A stretch of DNA of 64,000 nucleotides, from assembly GCA_040756215.1 (NCBI GenBank), contig JBFLZQ010000007.1:62336-126335 (forward strand), written 5' to 3'. The notes below the pieces were generated by a model, which was not told the DNA's origin, did no database searches, and was given only the letters and a program-made list of their open reading frames with translations. Position numbers and translations under genes: made by a program. Source of the DNA: Acidobacteriota bacterium (lineage in GTDB: Bacteria; Acidobacteriota; Blastocatellia; Pyrinomonadales; Pyrinomonadaceae). Shown here one piece after another: positions 25,046 through 33,694 of this stretch (its first letter is position 1; each line of letters starts with the position of its first letter).

Positions 25046-26358
25046 AATTCAGATGCCGCACGTAGAAGGGCTTCGCGCATTTCCCCGGCGGTCCGCCAGC
25101 GAAGTTCGACTTGTTTAGCCAATGCGGTTTCAATTACCGCCGAGACTTTCAATGGCACCTCGGGTACGCGGCGGGCAATCGGGATTATCGGCTTTTCAAA
25201 AATTGCCTTGACTGTTTCTGAAATACCTGCGTTCGGGCTTATGTCAAGTGCGTGAGCACCTGTCAAAAGACTGTATGCCGTCATCCCGATTCCGTAAATG
25301 TCCGCGGGCGGCCTTACTTCTTTGAAATCACGCACCTGTTCGGGCGGCATATAAGCTATTGTGCCCGCAACATCACCCACCATTGTGACACCGCTCATGC
25401 CGGTTTGCTTATAACTTTTCGACAATCCGAAATCCGTAAGCTTTGCCACAAAATTTGGAAATGAACCGTCAACTAAAATATTTTGCTCTTTTATGTCCCT
25501 GTGCACGAAACCGAGACCGTGTGCAAAATCCAATGCGGCGAGTGTTTGCTCGATAATTTTTACTACCTGCTGCCAGGGCAGCCGGCCACCGCGCTGTTTT
25601 GCCAGTTTCGAAGCATCCAGACCCGGAACGTATTCAGTTACAAGATAAACTATGCCGTTATGCGTTCCATGTTCTATGTAACTTACGATATTCGGATGAC
25701 GGAGAGATGATGCAACCTCAATTTCCCGTAAAAAACGCTTGAGCGACTGGTCGCTGACGGCAACTTCCGGCAAAAGCGTCTTGACTGCAACAAGGCGGCC
25801 GTCAGAAACTGCCCGTGCCAGCATAACGCTGCCCATTCCGCCCTGGCCAAGCACGCGAATCATTTGATAATTCGGTATTGGCTGAGGATTTTTCTTGAGT
25901 TGTTCGCGGCAATTTTCACAAAGATATGAGAGTTTTGCGTCGGGTCGCGACGCTTCTGCCTTTGCAGGAAGGTTGCAGTTTATACAGGAAACAGTAATCA
26001 GTGAAGGCTCAGTTTCATAGGAAACTGCATGTTGTCTGTTTCCGGTGGTTTCTGCCCTGTCGCCAATTACCTGAACTTCCAGAACCGTTTCGCCGCCCTG
26101 TATCCGGTCGCCGTGTTTCAAATAAGCAGATTCGATGCGTATGCCGTTGACAAATGTGCCATTGGTTGACCCCAGATCACGAATAAATGCCTGCGGCGGC
26201 GCGATTTCAATAAGGCAATGATGTCGGGAAAAGAAACGGTCGTGTGGCAGGCAAAAATGTGCGTCCTCACTACGCCCGATCATAAAAGTGTCGTGCTGAT
26301 CGAATGTAAAGGTACGTCCGGTTTGGGGCCCAGCGACGACATTTAAGGTTACACGCAT
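25042..26358 (-). CDS. FHA domain, zinc ribbon and Ser/Thr kinase fusion protein
   Basis: N-terminal FHA (FMIGRSEDAHFCL...SRHHCLIE...GSTNGTFVNG). CINC...CENC zinc ribbon. Kinase motifs GQGGMGSV, VAVK, HRDIKEQNIL and DFGLSK. Confidence 0.9.
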   Translation of the reverse strand: MRVTLNVVAGPQTGRTFTFDQHDTFMIGRSEDAHFCLPHDRFFSRHHCLIEIAPPQAFIRDLGSTNGTFVNGIRIESAYLKHGDRIQGGETVLEVQVIGDRAETTGNRQHAVSYETEPSLITVSCINCNLPAKAEASRPDAKLSYLCENCREQLKKNPQPIPNYQMIRVLGQGGMGSVMLARAVSDGRLVAVKTLLPEVAVSDQSLKRFLREIEVASSLRHPNIVSYIEHGTHNGIVYLVTEYVPGLDASKLAKQRGGRLPWQQVVKIIEQTLAALDFAHGLGFVHRDIKEQNILVDGSFPNFVAKLTDFGLSKSYKQTGMSGVTMVGDVAGTIAYMPPEQVRDFKEVRPPADIYGIGMTAYSLLTGAHALDISPNAGISETVKAIFEKPIIPIARRVPEVPLKVSAVIETALAKQVELRWRTAGEMREALLRAASEF

Positions 26359-26383
26359 CAGTCAAATTATAATGAAACCAACT

Positions 26384-26905
26384 CTATCTGGCCAATACAC
26401 CGGCGATTATCAGCCCAACGCTTATTAAAAAACTAATCACGCCAAGAAAGACTCCTGCAATTGCCAAAGATTTTCCGCCATAATTTCCGGGATCAGAGTC
26501 TGCCCGTCTCATTCCCCAAAAACCGAAAAAAACAGCCGGAAGCCCAAGCCAAAAACCGCCGTAACAGCACGTGAAAACCAATGAAAGTATTCCAAGAACC
26601 ATTGCCGTAACGGCAATTGTCTGATCCGGTCTTCTTTGAAGCTCAATTCCCGTCGGATAAACAGGTGCGGAATAAATAGGTGAGGTCTGTTGCCGCACCG
26701 GATTAGGCCACATCGCAGGGTTGGTTTTACGGGCCGGATCACTCAAAACGGTAGGTGGTTCGGCATAAATGGCTGTAGGCGGTTCATCAAAGAGTCCGCC
26801 GGCCTTTTCGTCCGGATAATCCCTGACTAACAGTTCGCCATCATCGAGGCAAAAGTTCAAATCCGCATCGGCATAGAAGCGGCCGCATTTAAGACATCGT
26901 TTCAT
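26384..26905 (-). CDS. N-terminal zinc-ribbon protein with Pro-rich linker and DUF4190-like 2-TM tail
   Basis: MKRCLKCGRFYADADLNFCLDDGELL, then a proline-rich linker. The C-terminal GILSLVFTCCYGGFWLGLPAVFFGFWG...AIAGVFLGVISFLISVGLII is DUF4190-like. Confidence 0.75.
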   Translation of the reverse strand: MKRCLKCGRFYADADLNFCLDDGELLVRDYPDEKAGGLFDEPPTAIYAEPPTVLSDPARKTNPAMWPNPVRQQTSPIYSAPVYPTGIELQRRPDQTIAVTAMVLGILSLVFTCCYGGFWLGLPAVFFGFWGMRRADSDPGNYGGKSLAIAGVFLGVISFLISVGLIIAGVLAR

Positions 26906-26929
26906 AAATCGGGCATTAAAAGCGGATGA

Positions 26930-27889
26930 TTACTTACGAATCTCCAGTTTCTTGAATCCTATCCGCACTCCGTCGCCCGAATAAAGGCCCGGAACCCCTT
27001 TTGCGTAACCATATTGGTCCTTGACTGATTTTATCATTTGGCCGTTTATGTAGAATTCTATTGTGTCGCCTTTATCACGAACCTCAATTACATTTTCCGC
27101 CGTCCCGGAATTAATGGCATCCGATGATGTCCAGGGTACAATCGGCTTTTCTTTTCTGCGTTCATGCCGGACGATCCTGTATCGCTTTTTCATCGAGTCA
27201 ATCAAAAAGGCGTAATCATTTGTCAAAGGTTTCGGAGCACTGTTGAAAATAAGGCCGTACCCGAGCTCTGACGGCTGCCCGTCAAGATTTCGGACAGTAA
27301 CTGTTGTTGAGGCTCCATCTGTTGAATAATCCTCTGAAGAAACCAAAGCATAGTAATAATCTTTTTGCTTTGATGCCATGACAAACTCGTCGCCAACCAT
27401 TTCAGTCGTCCCGTAAGGCGAAAAATCCTTGACCCAAAGCGACAGATCGATGATTTCCGGTGCAGAAGCCGGCGGCTCAACGGGAGCAGATTTTGAAGGG
27501 CTGGTCGTTGTTACAGGGCGTTTATTGCTTGAAACAGGTCCGGAATTGGTTTTATTAGCGGTGCTGTTACCGGATTCGGCCTGCTGCATTCCCAACCAGA
27601 TTAAACCGGCAATTCCGCCGCCGCCGCAAAGCAAAACTAAAATGGCTAAAATGCCGATAATCCAGACCCAGCTTCTAGAAGAACGCTTTTGCGGAATTGC
27701 ATATTGAGGCTGATTGCCGAAAGAAGACTGTATAGTCTGATTCGCCGGCCCTGAAGATGTTACTGGCTGCTGTGACATCATAACCGTCGGTGGCGGACCG
27801 TCTGCGAGAGACAAAACCGAACCGTCTTCCAGACAAAAGTTCAAATTGTCGTCCGCATATGTCTTTCGGCATTTAGGACAAATTTTCAT
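26930..27889 (-). CDS. N-terminal zinc-ribbon, single-TM protein with extracytoplasmic jelly-roll (LamG/DUF1080-like) domain
   Basis: MKICPKCRKTYADDNLNFCLEDGSVL. TM segment WVWIIGILAILVLLCGGGGIAGLIWL. The C-terminal pattern GYGLIFNS...YAFLID...IEFYINGQMI supports only a low-confidence domain call. Confidence 0.7.
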   Translation of the reverse strand: MKICPKCRKTYADDNLNFCLEDGSVLSLADGPPPTVMMSQQPVTSSGPANQTIQSSFGNQPQYAIPQKRSSRSWVWIIGILAILVLLCGGGGIAGLIWLGMQQAESGNSTANKTNSGPVSSNKRPVTTTSPSKSAPVEPPASAPEIIDLSLWVKDFSPYGTTEMVGDEFVMASKQKDYYYALVSSEDYSTDGASTTVTVRNLDGQPSELGYGLIFNSAPKPLTNDYAFLIDSMKKRYRIVRHERRKEKPIVPWTSSDAINSGTAENVIEVRDKGDTIEFYINGQMIKSVKDQYGYAKGVPGLYSGDGVRIGFKKLEIRK

Positions 27890-27988
27890 TTTTCCGACTC
27901 CTTAGGGAGAAAAAGCAAAAACGACCTCGACACATTATATTCATTAAACGGCTAAAATAATAACAACGTCCGGCTCGGAGCCAAAGTT

Positions 27989-29584
27989 TCATGCCAAAGC
28001 TGTCCCGCATCTTCCACAGAAGCGGATAGTGGCAGGAAATACGCCGCCACAACGGGGACAAACCCTTTCGGCCTGAAGCGGAGACAGGTTTCGGGCAGGA
28101 ATTGCTCCGGTTTGCTGCGGAATATGTGCTCCACAACGTCCACAAAATCTTGAGTTTGCAGTAAGAGTAGCGGAGCATCGCGGACAATTATAGCCGACAG
28201 CAGGTTCCGCTCCGGGCGAAATCAATCTAAACTCCCTGTTGCCACAGCGTCCGCAGAACTTTACACCTTCGGCAAATCGCGAACCGCATCTGAGGCAGAC
28301 AACTACGCCCGGAAGTGTGCTTGTACCTCCTTCGCTTCCCGAACTGCCCTGAGAAGGCGAAGGTTGTGACCCGAACGCGGGTACGGAACGTAGTTGAGCC
28401 TGGATAACCTGTTCAGATGCTCCTTCACGTATTTCTATCACGCGTTCATCGTCCCGATCCCCGGGATTTGAAACCCGCAGCAAATGCCTGCCGGCCGGGA
28501 CATCGGAAAGAACCAGACGGCCGGAACTTCCGATGCTGCCACGCCTTTCATCATCTACGTAAACCTCAGCATTCGGCGGACCAAGTATTACAAGCCTTGA
28601 GCGTCCAAGTTTATTTGTCTCTCCGATGTTTTCAGCCGCGGCCTCGAGCTGTTCGATGAACTCCCCCACGGTTTGAGGACGCTTTGCAGGGTCGATGGCC
28701 AGCGATTTCATTATTACACTTTCAACCTCTTTTGGAATGTCTGTCCGTATGGTTGAAAGCGGAGGCGGCTCATTCATTATCTTTTGCATTACCAGCTGCA
28801 TCAGGTCGCCCGAAAATGGCGTTCTGCCTCCGAGCATTAAATATGCAATTGTTCCAATTGCATAGACATCGGCACGAACATCAACCCCAACTTCAGGCTG
28901 CATTTGCTCCGGAGCCATAAATTCCGGTGTCCCAATTATCCCGCGGGATGATGGCGTCGCATTGCTGCTGATATCTGTAACCGTGCGGTTTACAATCTTT
29001 GCCAAACCAAAATCGCCAACCTTTATGAATCCGTCTCCTTTTCCCTTTTGCAATAGAAAAATATTTGCCGGTTTCAAATCACGATGCAAAATTCCGCGTT
29101 CATGCGCAGCCTCAACTCCATCGGCAATCTGACGCAATAGGTTCACTGCGCGACGTACCGAGAGTGTCCCCTCACGACGTAAAAGCCGATGAAGCGTCTC
29201 GCCTTCGACATATTCCATCACAAGAAAAAACACTCCGTCATCCGTTTCGCCAAAATCCGTTACGCTTACGGTGTTTGGATGCTGGATAGATGCCGCCGCT
29301 TGTGCCTCGCGTTCAAAACGCAGTATTGCCTCGCCTTCCTGCAGGTCATCACTGCTTAAAATGTCCTGCCGAACTGTTTTTACGGCAACGCGGCGGGTTT
29401 CGAATTTAATATCACGTGCAAGAAAGACTTGTCCCATAGCGCCTTTACCAAGGCGTTTTTCAAGAAAATAACGTTCGGCAATGAGTTGTCCGCCCGGCAG
29501 TGACAATCGCGTCTGCGACTGATCGAAGGGACAGATCTGAACTTCATCATCGAAACAAAGATCGCATTTAGGACATTCTTTCAT
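27989..29584 (-). CDS. Zinc-ribbon, Ser/Thr kinase, PEGA domain and triple zinc-ribbon protein (no TM segment seen)
   Basis: MKECPKCDLCFDDEVQICPFDQ N-terminus. Kinase motifs GKGAMGQV, VAVK, HRDLKPANIFL and DFGLAK. PEGA-like VYVDDERRGS...VPAGRHLLRVS. Three repeats of C-x2-C...FCGRCG. Confidence 0.9.
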   Translation of the reverse strand: MKECPKCDLCFDDEVQICPFDQSQTRLSLPGGQLIAERYFLEKRLGKGAMGQVFLARDIKFETRRVAVKTVRQDILSSDDLQEGEAILRFEREAQAAASIQHPNTVSVTDFGETDDGVFFLVMEYVEGETLHRLLRREGTLSVRRAVNLLRQIADGVEAAHERGILHRDLKPANIFLLQKGKGDGFIKVGDFGLAKIVNRTVTDISSNATPSSRGIIGTPEFMAPEQMQPEVGVDVRADVYAIGTIAYLMLGGRTPFSGDLMQLVMQKIMNEPPPLSTIRTDIPKEVESVIMKSLAIDPAKRPQTVGEFIEQLEAAAENIGETNKLGRSRLVILGPPNAEVYVDDERRGSIGSSGRLVLSDVPAGRHLLRVSNPGDRDDERVIEIREGASEQVIQAQLRSVPAFGSQPSPSQGSSGSEGGTSTLPGVVVCLRCGSRFAEGVKFCGRCGNREFRLISPGAEPAVGYNCPRCSATLTANSRFCGRCGAHIPQQTGAIPARNLSPLQAERVCPRCGGVFPATIRFCGRCGTALA

Positions 29585-29655
29585 TTTGAAACTATTCTTT
29601 AGCTTTGGTCATCGTGTCATATTCATTGACATTTGCAGGCTTCCGGATTTGCCAT

Positions 29656-29685
29656 TTGCGCATTAAAAACCTTACTTGCTATAAT
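29656..29685 (+). promoter_or_regulatory. Possible promoter of tRNA-Lys (TTGCGC-N18-TATAAT)
   Basis: TATAAT at 29680-29685, 16 nt upstream of the tRNA 5' end. Weak -35 TTGCGC at 29656-29661. Confidence 0.3.
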
Positions 29686-29700
29686 TCCTGATTGCCGCAT

Positions 29701-29776
29701 GGGTCGTTAGCTCAGTTGGTAGAGCAGCGGACTCTTAATCCGCGGGTCGCAGGTTCGATCCCTGCACGGCCTACCA
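29701..29776 (+). tRNA. tRNA-Lys (anticodon CTT), CCA encoded
   Basis: Cloverleaf read by eye. Acceptor GGGTCGT/ACGGCCT (two G-U pairs). D arm GCTC-AGTTGGTA-GAGC. Anticodon arm GCGGA-CTCTTAA-TCCGC. T arm GCAGG-TTCGATC-CCTGC. Discriminator A plus CCA. Confidence 0.93.
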
Positions 29777-29784
29777 TTTCCAAA

Positions 29785-29819
29785 AAGCCGCCTCATTATT
29801 TGGAGGCGGCTTCTATTTT
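29785..29819. terminator. Bidirectional intrinsic terminator (tRNA-Lys and the convergent FHA-PrsW gene)
   Basis: 10-bp stem AAGCCGCCTC/GAGGCGGCTT (29785-29794 with 29803-29812), flanked by an A-run upstream and TTCTATTTT downstream. Confidence 0.6.
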
Positions 29820-31461
29820 ATACTTTATCGCGCCAGCGGAGAACCTCATCGCGCAAAATAGGATTTTGTTGAAAGCTGCCGGTATGACCCTGCGCTGCAG
29901 TTGCACGTTGTATGTGCCAGTAGCTGAGTCCGAGTTTCCCTACGGCGCGCAGATAACGGCTGCGGACGAGATATTTGCCTGAGAATAGACCCTTGAGCAG
30001 CCACAAAGGGCTTCGGATGGCTGATGTAGCGATTTTCAGATGATCTTCGGGAATCAAACCACGAGCGACATCTATCGCAAGCATGTCGTTGAGGATACGC
30101 CTTTGCCGACGCATTATGAAAAAAGCAAAAGCAATAAAAATCAGGAAAAGCGGCACTTCCAAAATCAGGTAAAAAGTGAAAAATCCGCAAAGCCCTATTT
30201 CTTCACCGCCAAGACCCAGACTCGAACAGGCAGGTTCGAGCCCGAGGCTTACCAAAAGAATCGTGGCAACAATGCCAAAACCATTCCAGATGCCGTGTAA
30301 TATAACCGCAGCGATATAGCCGAGAAAAGGAGCAATGATGCGGACTAGAGTTTTATGCGATTCACGGGAAATACCACAGCCGATTCCGGTCATCGCCGTG
30401 AAAGTTACATGAGCAAATGGCGAAAGAATACCCCTTAAAGTAAACAACAAAAGAAAACTCATAACGGCGTCAGATGTTATGCCATACTGCATAAATGCCC
30501 TGTTGAGGCCTTCGCCGTAGTAGAGAACATTTTCAACTGTGGCAAATCCGAGTGCAATTACTCCGCCATAGACAATGCCGTCAAGAATGTCATCAAAATA
30601 ACGCCTGAAAAATATGAGTAGTATCAGGAGCCCGAAGCCTTTTGATGCTTCCTCAATAAGCGGTGCGGATACAACGGCACTGATAATCGAGGCAAGGCCG
30701 GGACTGCCGGTTCCAATGTAAACTGCTGATCCGAAAAGAGTGTTTACTATGAAAGAGACGATAACAGCTACTATTGCGCCCCAGGCAAAAGCGAAAGCAA
30801 GCAGCCAAAAAGGCTCCGGATCATAACGGTCCAGGCCCATCAGCGGCAGAATATAAAGTGCCGCCGGCGTAAAGGCAATAAATGTTGCGATGATTGCGGG
30901 AATAACGCCAAGGCTTAAAAACATTATTCCGGCAACTATTAAAGCCAATGGAATAAAAAGCAGAACCGCAGCGCCGATGCCCAGAAATACACCGGTATGG
31001 GATTTTGCCTGAGGCTGTGGTTTCGGAGGTTCGAGATGTCCCAAACCAAGCCCGGCCAATGAATCCTGAAAACTTTTTGGTGTGGCTGCCGCTCTTTCAA
31101 CGGCCAGTAATTGTTCCTTCTGAAATAGCTGCGGATCTCGCTGATGTGTTTCGGCGACAAGAATTTCTACCCGGCCCCGTGAACCGTTTCTGCCAAATTG
31201 GATTTCGTCGCCTGAGGAAAGTTTTGCAACCGTTATTTTTGTGCCATTTACAAAAGTGCCATTTGTGCTGTTATTGTCTGTAATGTAAAAACCGTCAGGT
31301 TTTGCTTCGATAAAAGCATGCTGTTTGGAAGCAATTCGCTCGGCTGCAGGGTCAAAGCGAACCGAACAATTTTCGCTGCGGCCGATTGTCAGAAAGCCGT
31401 TCTCGAGTTCGAAATTTCGTCCGGCAAGCGAACCGTCCAGAATCATTAGCCGCAGTTTCAT
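29818..31461 (-). CDS. FHA domain fused to a PrsW-family intramembrane protease
   Basis: N-terminal FHA (LTIGRSENCSVRF...SKQHAFIE...NSTNGTFVNG). Polytopic C-terminal part with PLIEEASKG, FAHVTFTAMTG and ILHGIWNG motifs, as in PrsW/CAAX-type proteases. Confidence 0.85.
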   Translation of the reverse strand: MKLRLMILDGSLAGRNFELENGFLTIGRSENCSVRFDPAAERIASKQHAFIEAKPDGFYITDNNSTNGTFVNGTKITVAKLSSGDEIQFGRNGSRGRVEILVAETHQRDPQLFQKEQLLAVERAAATPKSFQDSLAGLGLGHLEPPKPQPQAKSHTGVFLGIGAAVLLFIPLALIVAGIMFLSLGVIPAIIATFIAFTPAALYILPLMGLDRYDPEPFWLLAFAFAWGAIVAVIVSFIVNTLFGSAVYIGTGSPGLASIISAVVSAPLIEEASKGFGLLILLIFFRRYFDDILDGIVYGGVIALGFATVENVLYYGEGLNRAFMQYGITSDAVMSFLLLFTLRGILSPFAHVTFTAMTGIGCGISRESHKTLVRIIAPFLGYIAAVILHGIWNGFGIVATILLVSLGLEPACSSLGLGGEEIGLCGFFTFYLILEVPLFLIFIAFAFFIMRRQRRILNDMLAIDVARGLIPEDHLKIATSAIRSPLWLLKGLFSGKYLVRSRYLRAVGKLGLSYWHIQRATAAQGHTGSFQQNPILRDEVLRWRDKV

Positions 31462-31541
31462 AGCACAATAATAAAATCAAAAGGCCTGATGTCAAGCCTA
31501 ACGGCGAAACATCAGCCCTTTGAAAAACACTGACAGGTCTG

Positions 31542-33623
31542 TTACTCGGGATTGACTGCTGCCGGAGCCGGCGTGTCACCATTCAGGCCATATTGCCAGA
31601 CACCTAATGATGAATCAGAGCTGAAAATAACATACCAAAGGTTTGAACCGGGACGAAAAACTGCAATATCCGTTTTACCGTCACCATCGTAATCGCCGGG
31701 TACCGGATTATCTTCGCTTATTCCGAATTTTAAAATAGAATGCAGCGTGCCGTTATTGTTAAGGATATACCAATAACCGTTTGATGGCCTGTAAATACCA
31801 AAATCCGATTTGCCGTCACCGGTAAAATCGCCAAATACCGGCTTATCACCATTTAATCCCCATTGCGCAATAACTGGAATGGATGAACTGCTTTGTATCA
31901 CATACCAAACACCGTTTGAAGGCCGCCAAATAACCGCATCCGCCTTGCCGTCGCCGTCAAAATCACCGGAAAATGGTTTGTCTCCGTTGATTCCCCATTG
32001 AAAAATACTTAATCCAAGCGTACTGCGGGCTATATACCAAACGCCATTGGACGGCCGCCAAACCGCAATATCCGTGCGGCCGTCCGCATCATAATCACCG
32101 GGTACGGGAATATCTCCGTTTGTTCCGAATTGGGCGACAACCGCACCTCCGCTACTTTGATTTATCCACCAGACACCCGTCGAAGGCCTCCAGACCGCAA
32201 AATCAGTACGCCCGTCCCCGTCATAATCACCGGGGACAATTTTATCGCCATTTGTCCCCCAATGAGCCGCATTCAAACTGCCGTTTTGGCTTGAAATAAA
32301 CTCCCAATCACCAAATGCAGGCCGGAAAACTGCCAGATCTGTTTTCCGATCACCATCGAAATCGGAAACGAGATTTTTTGAAGCCCCGCCGGCACCCCGG
32401 ACGTCCAGGACAATCAATCCGGAGTTTAAATCCCCGACCAGAACCTTGTCCTCGCCGAGAAACGGAAAAACTGCCCAGGCGCCGTCATAATTCGTTGGCA
32501 GAAGATTTTGTAAATTGGGACTGCCGCAGACCATATCCCACGGATCGTCAATTACTGACAATTTCTCAGGATCGGGCGGGCGGAAAGTTGATTCGAAAGT
32601 ATCGTATTGTCCGATACGCTGTGGTGTAGCCGGGTTGGAAATATCAAATACCTGCAAACCGGCCTGATACCATGAAATATAGAGTTTATTGCCCATGACG
32701 ACCGGATTGTGCGGTGTTACGGCATTCAATGAAAGGTCGCTCATAGACATCCGGTTGACAAGCAGCGGCGTGGCCGGATTTGAAATATCGTAAACACGGA
32801 CATCTCCGGGGCTCGGGCCATTGCTGTTTGTAACTTCACGGGCACTGTAAAGATATCTGCCGTCTTCGCTTGTCCAACTGCTGTGCATATTGTTGCCGTT
32901 AGTAAGACTTGCGGACGGGTCTTCGATAAAACCAAGTAAAACCGGTGCCTGTGTGGCAATATTTGAAATATCGTAAATTTCCGTACGCCCGCGCTGTGAA
33001 CTTGAACCCCATCCGGAAGTAATCATCCGGTTTCCGCGTATGTGCATCGCATGTACCCAGGTTGTTTCTGTCGGGTTCAGATCGCGGACGAATACAGGGG
33101 CAGAAGGAACCGTAACATTAATGAATTTCAATAGTTTACTTGAAAAACCGTTAAAGTTTTCTATCAGATAGGTTGCACCGCCCTGCTGATAGATCATCAT
33201 CTCGTGGATCGAATTAAATCCGCCACCGTTGGAAGAATTTACAATACCAAGAAGTTGCGGATTATACGGGTTGGTCAAATCCACAATATGGACGCCGCCG
33301 CCGTTGCCGCTCCCGAAATAACCCCGGCCATTGACAATAATCGCTTCAAGAAATTGTTGGCTTGCTCCCGGATTATACCAGGAAGCAAGTACGGGAGCAT
33401 CCGGATTGGAAATATCGAAAATAAATGCACCGCGGCAATTGTAGCTCCCCATTACTGCGATGTTGCCTTCTGCGTATATATCGGCAAATTTCCAGGTCGA
33501 ACTGGATCCACAGTTAGGTGTGATTTTCGAACGCAACCTGACTTTTTGCCCGAAGGCGTCAAAGGACAGAATCAGTAAAAATAAGGCGACAAAAGCAATT
33601 AACCCGACTTTTCTTGAGTGCAT
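31542..33623 (-). CDS. Secreted LVIVD-repeat beta-propeller protein with six C-terminal FG-GAP/VCBS-like repeats
   Basis: Signal peptide MHSRKVGLIAFVALFLLILSFDAFGQ. Repeated ...VYDISNPATP... and ...VFDISNPATP... (LVIVD-like). Six repeats of about 45 aa: D[FY]DGDG[KR]TD.A[VI][WF]RPSNG.W. Confidence 0.8.
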   Translation of the reverse strand: MHSRKVGLIAFVALFLLILSFDAFGQKVRLRSKITPNCGSSSTWKFADIYAEGNIAVMGSYNCRGAFIFDISNPDAPVLASWYNPGASQQFLEAIIVNGRGYFGSGNGGGVHIVDLTNPYNPQLLGIVNSSNGGGFNSIHEMMIYQQGGATYLIENFNGFSSKLLKFINVTVPSAPVFVRDLNPTETTWVHAMHIRGNRMITSGWGSSSQRGRTEIYDISNIATQAPVLLGFIEDPSASLTNGNNMHSSWTSEDGRYLYSAREVTNSNGPSPGDVRVYDISNPATPLLVNRMSMSDLSLNAVTPHNPVVMGNKLYISWYQAGLQVFDISNPATPQRIGQYDTFESTFRPPDPEKLSVIDDPWDMVCGSPNLQNLLPTNYDGAWAVFPFLGEDKVLVGDLNSGLIVLDVRGAGGASKNLVSDFDGDRKTDLAVFRPAFGDWEFISSQNGSLNAAHWGTNGDKIVPGDYDGDGRTDFAVWRPSTGVWWINQSSGGAVVAQFGTNGDIPVPGDYDADGRTDIAVWRPSNGVWYIARSTLGLSIFQWGINGDKPFSGDFDGDGKADAVIWRPSNGVWYVIQSSSSIPVIAQWGLNGDKPVFGDFTGDGKSDFGIYRPSNGYWYILNNNGTLHSILKFGISEDNPVPGDYDGDGKTDIAVFRPGSNLWYVIFSSDSSLGVWQYGLNGDTPAPAAVNPE
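31545..32363 (-). repeat. Six tandem in-frame coding repeats of about 135 bp (FG-GAP/VCBS-like)
   Basis: Repeat units of 45, 44, 44, 45, 45 and 50 aa counted from DFDGDRKTD (codon at 32363-32361) to the C-terminus. Confidence 0.85.
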
Positions 33624-33694
33624 AGTAAAATTAAATTGCCCGTATTCTATATGAAACGGGGTTCAAAAGTCCATTTGCAGAACAAAATAGCTTA

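Noticed and set aside
29701-33623. tRNA-Lys as an integration site of a genomic island
   Set aside because: There is no integrase, no direct repeat of the tRNA 3' end that I could find by eye, and no mobility genes. The flanking genes on both sides belong to the same kinase/FHA theme.
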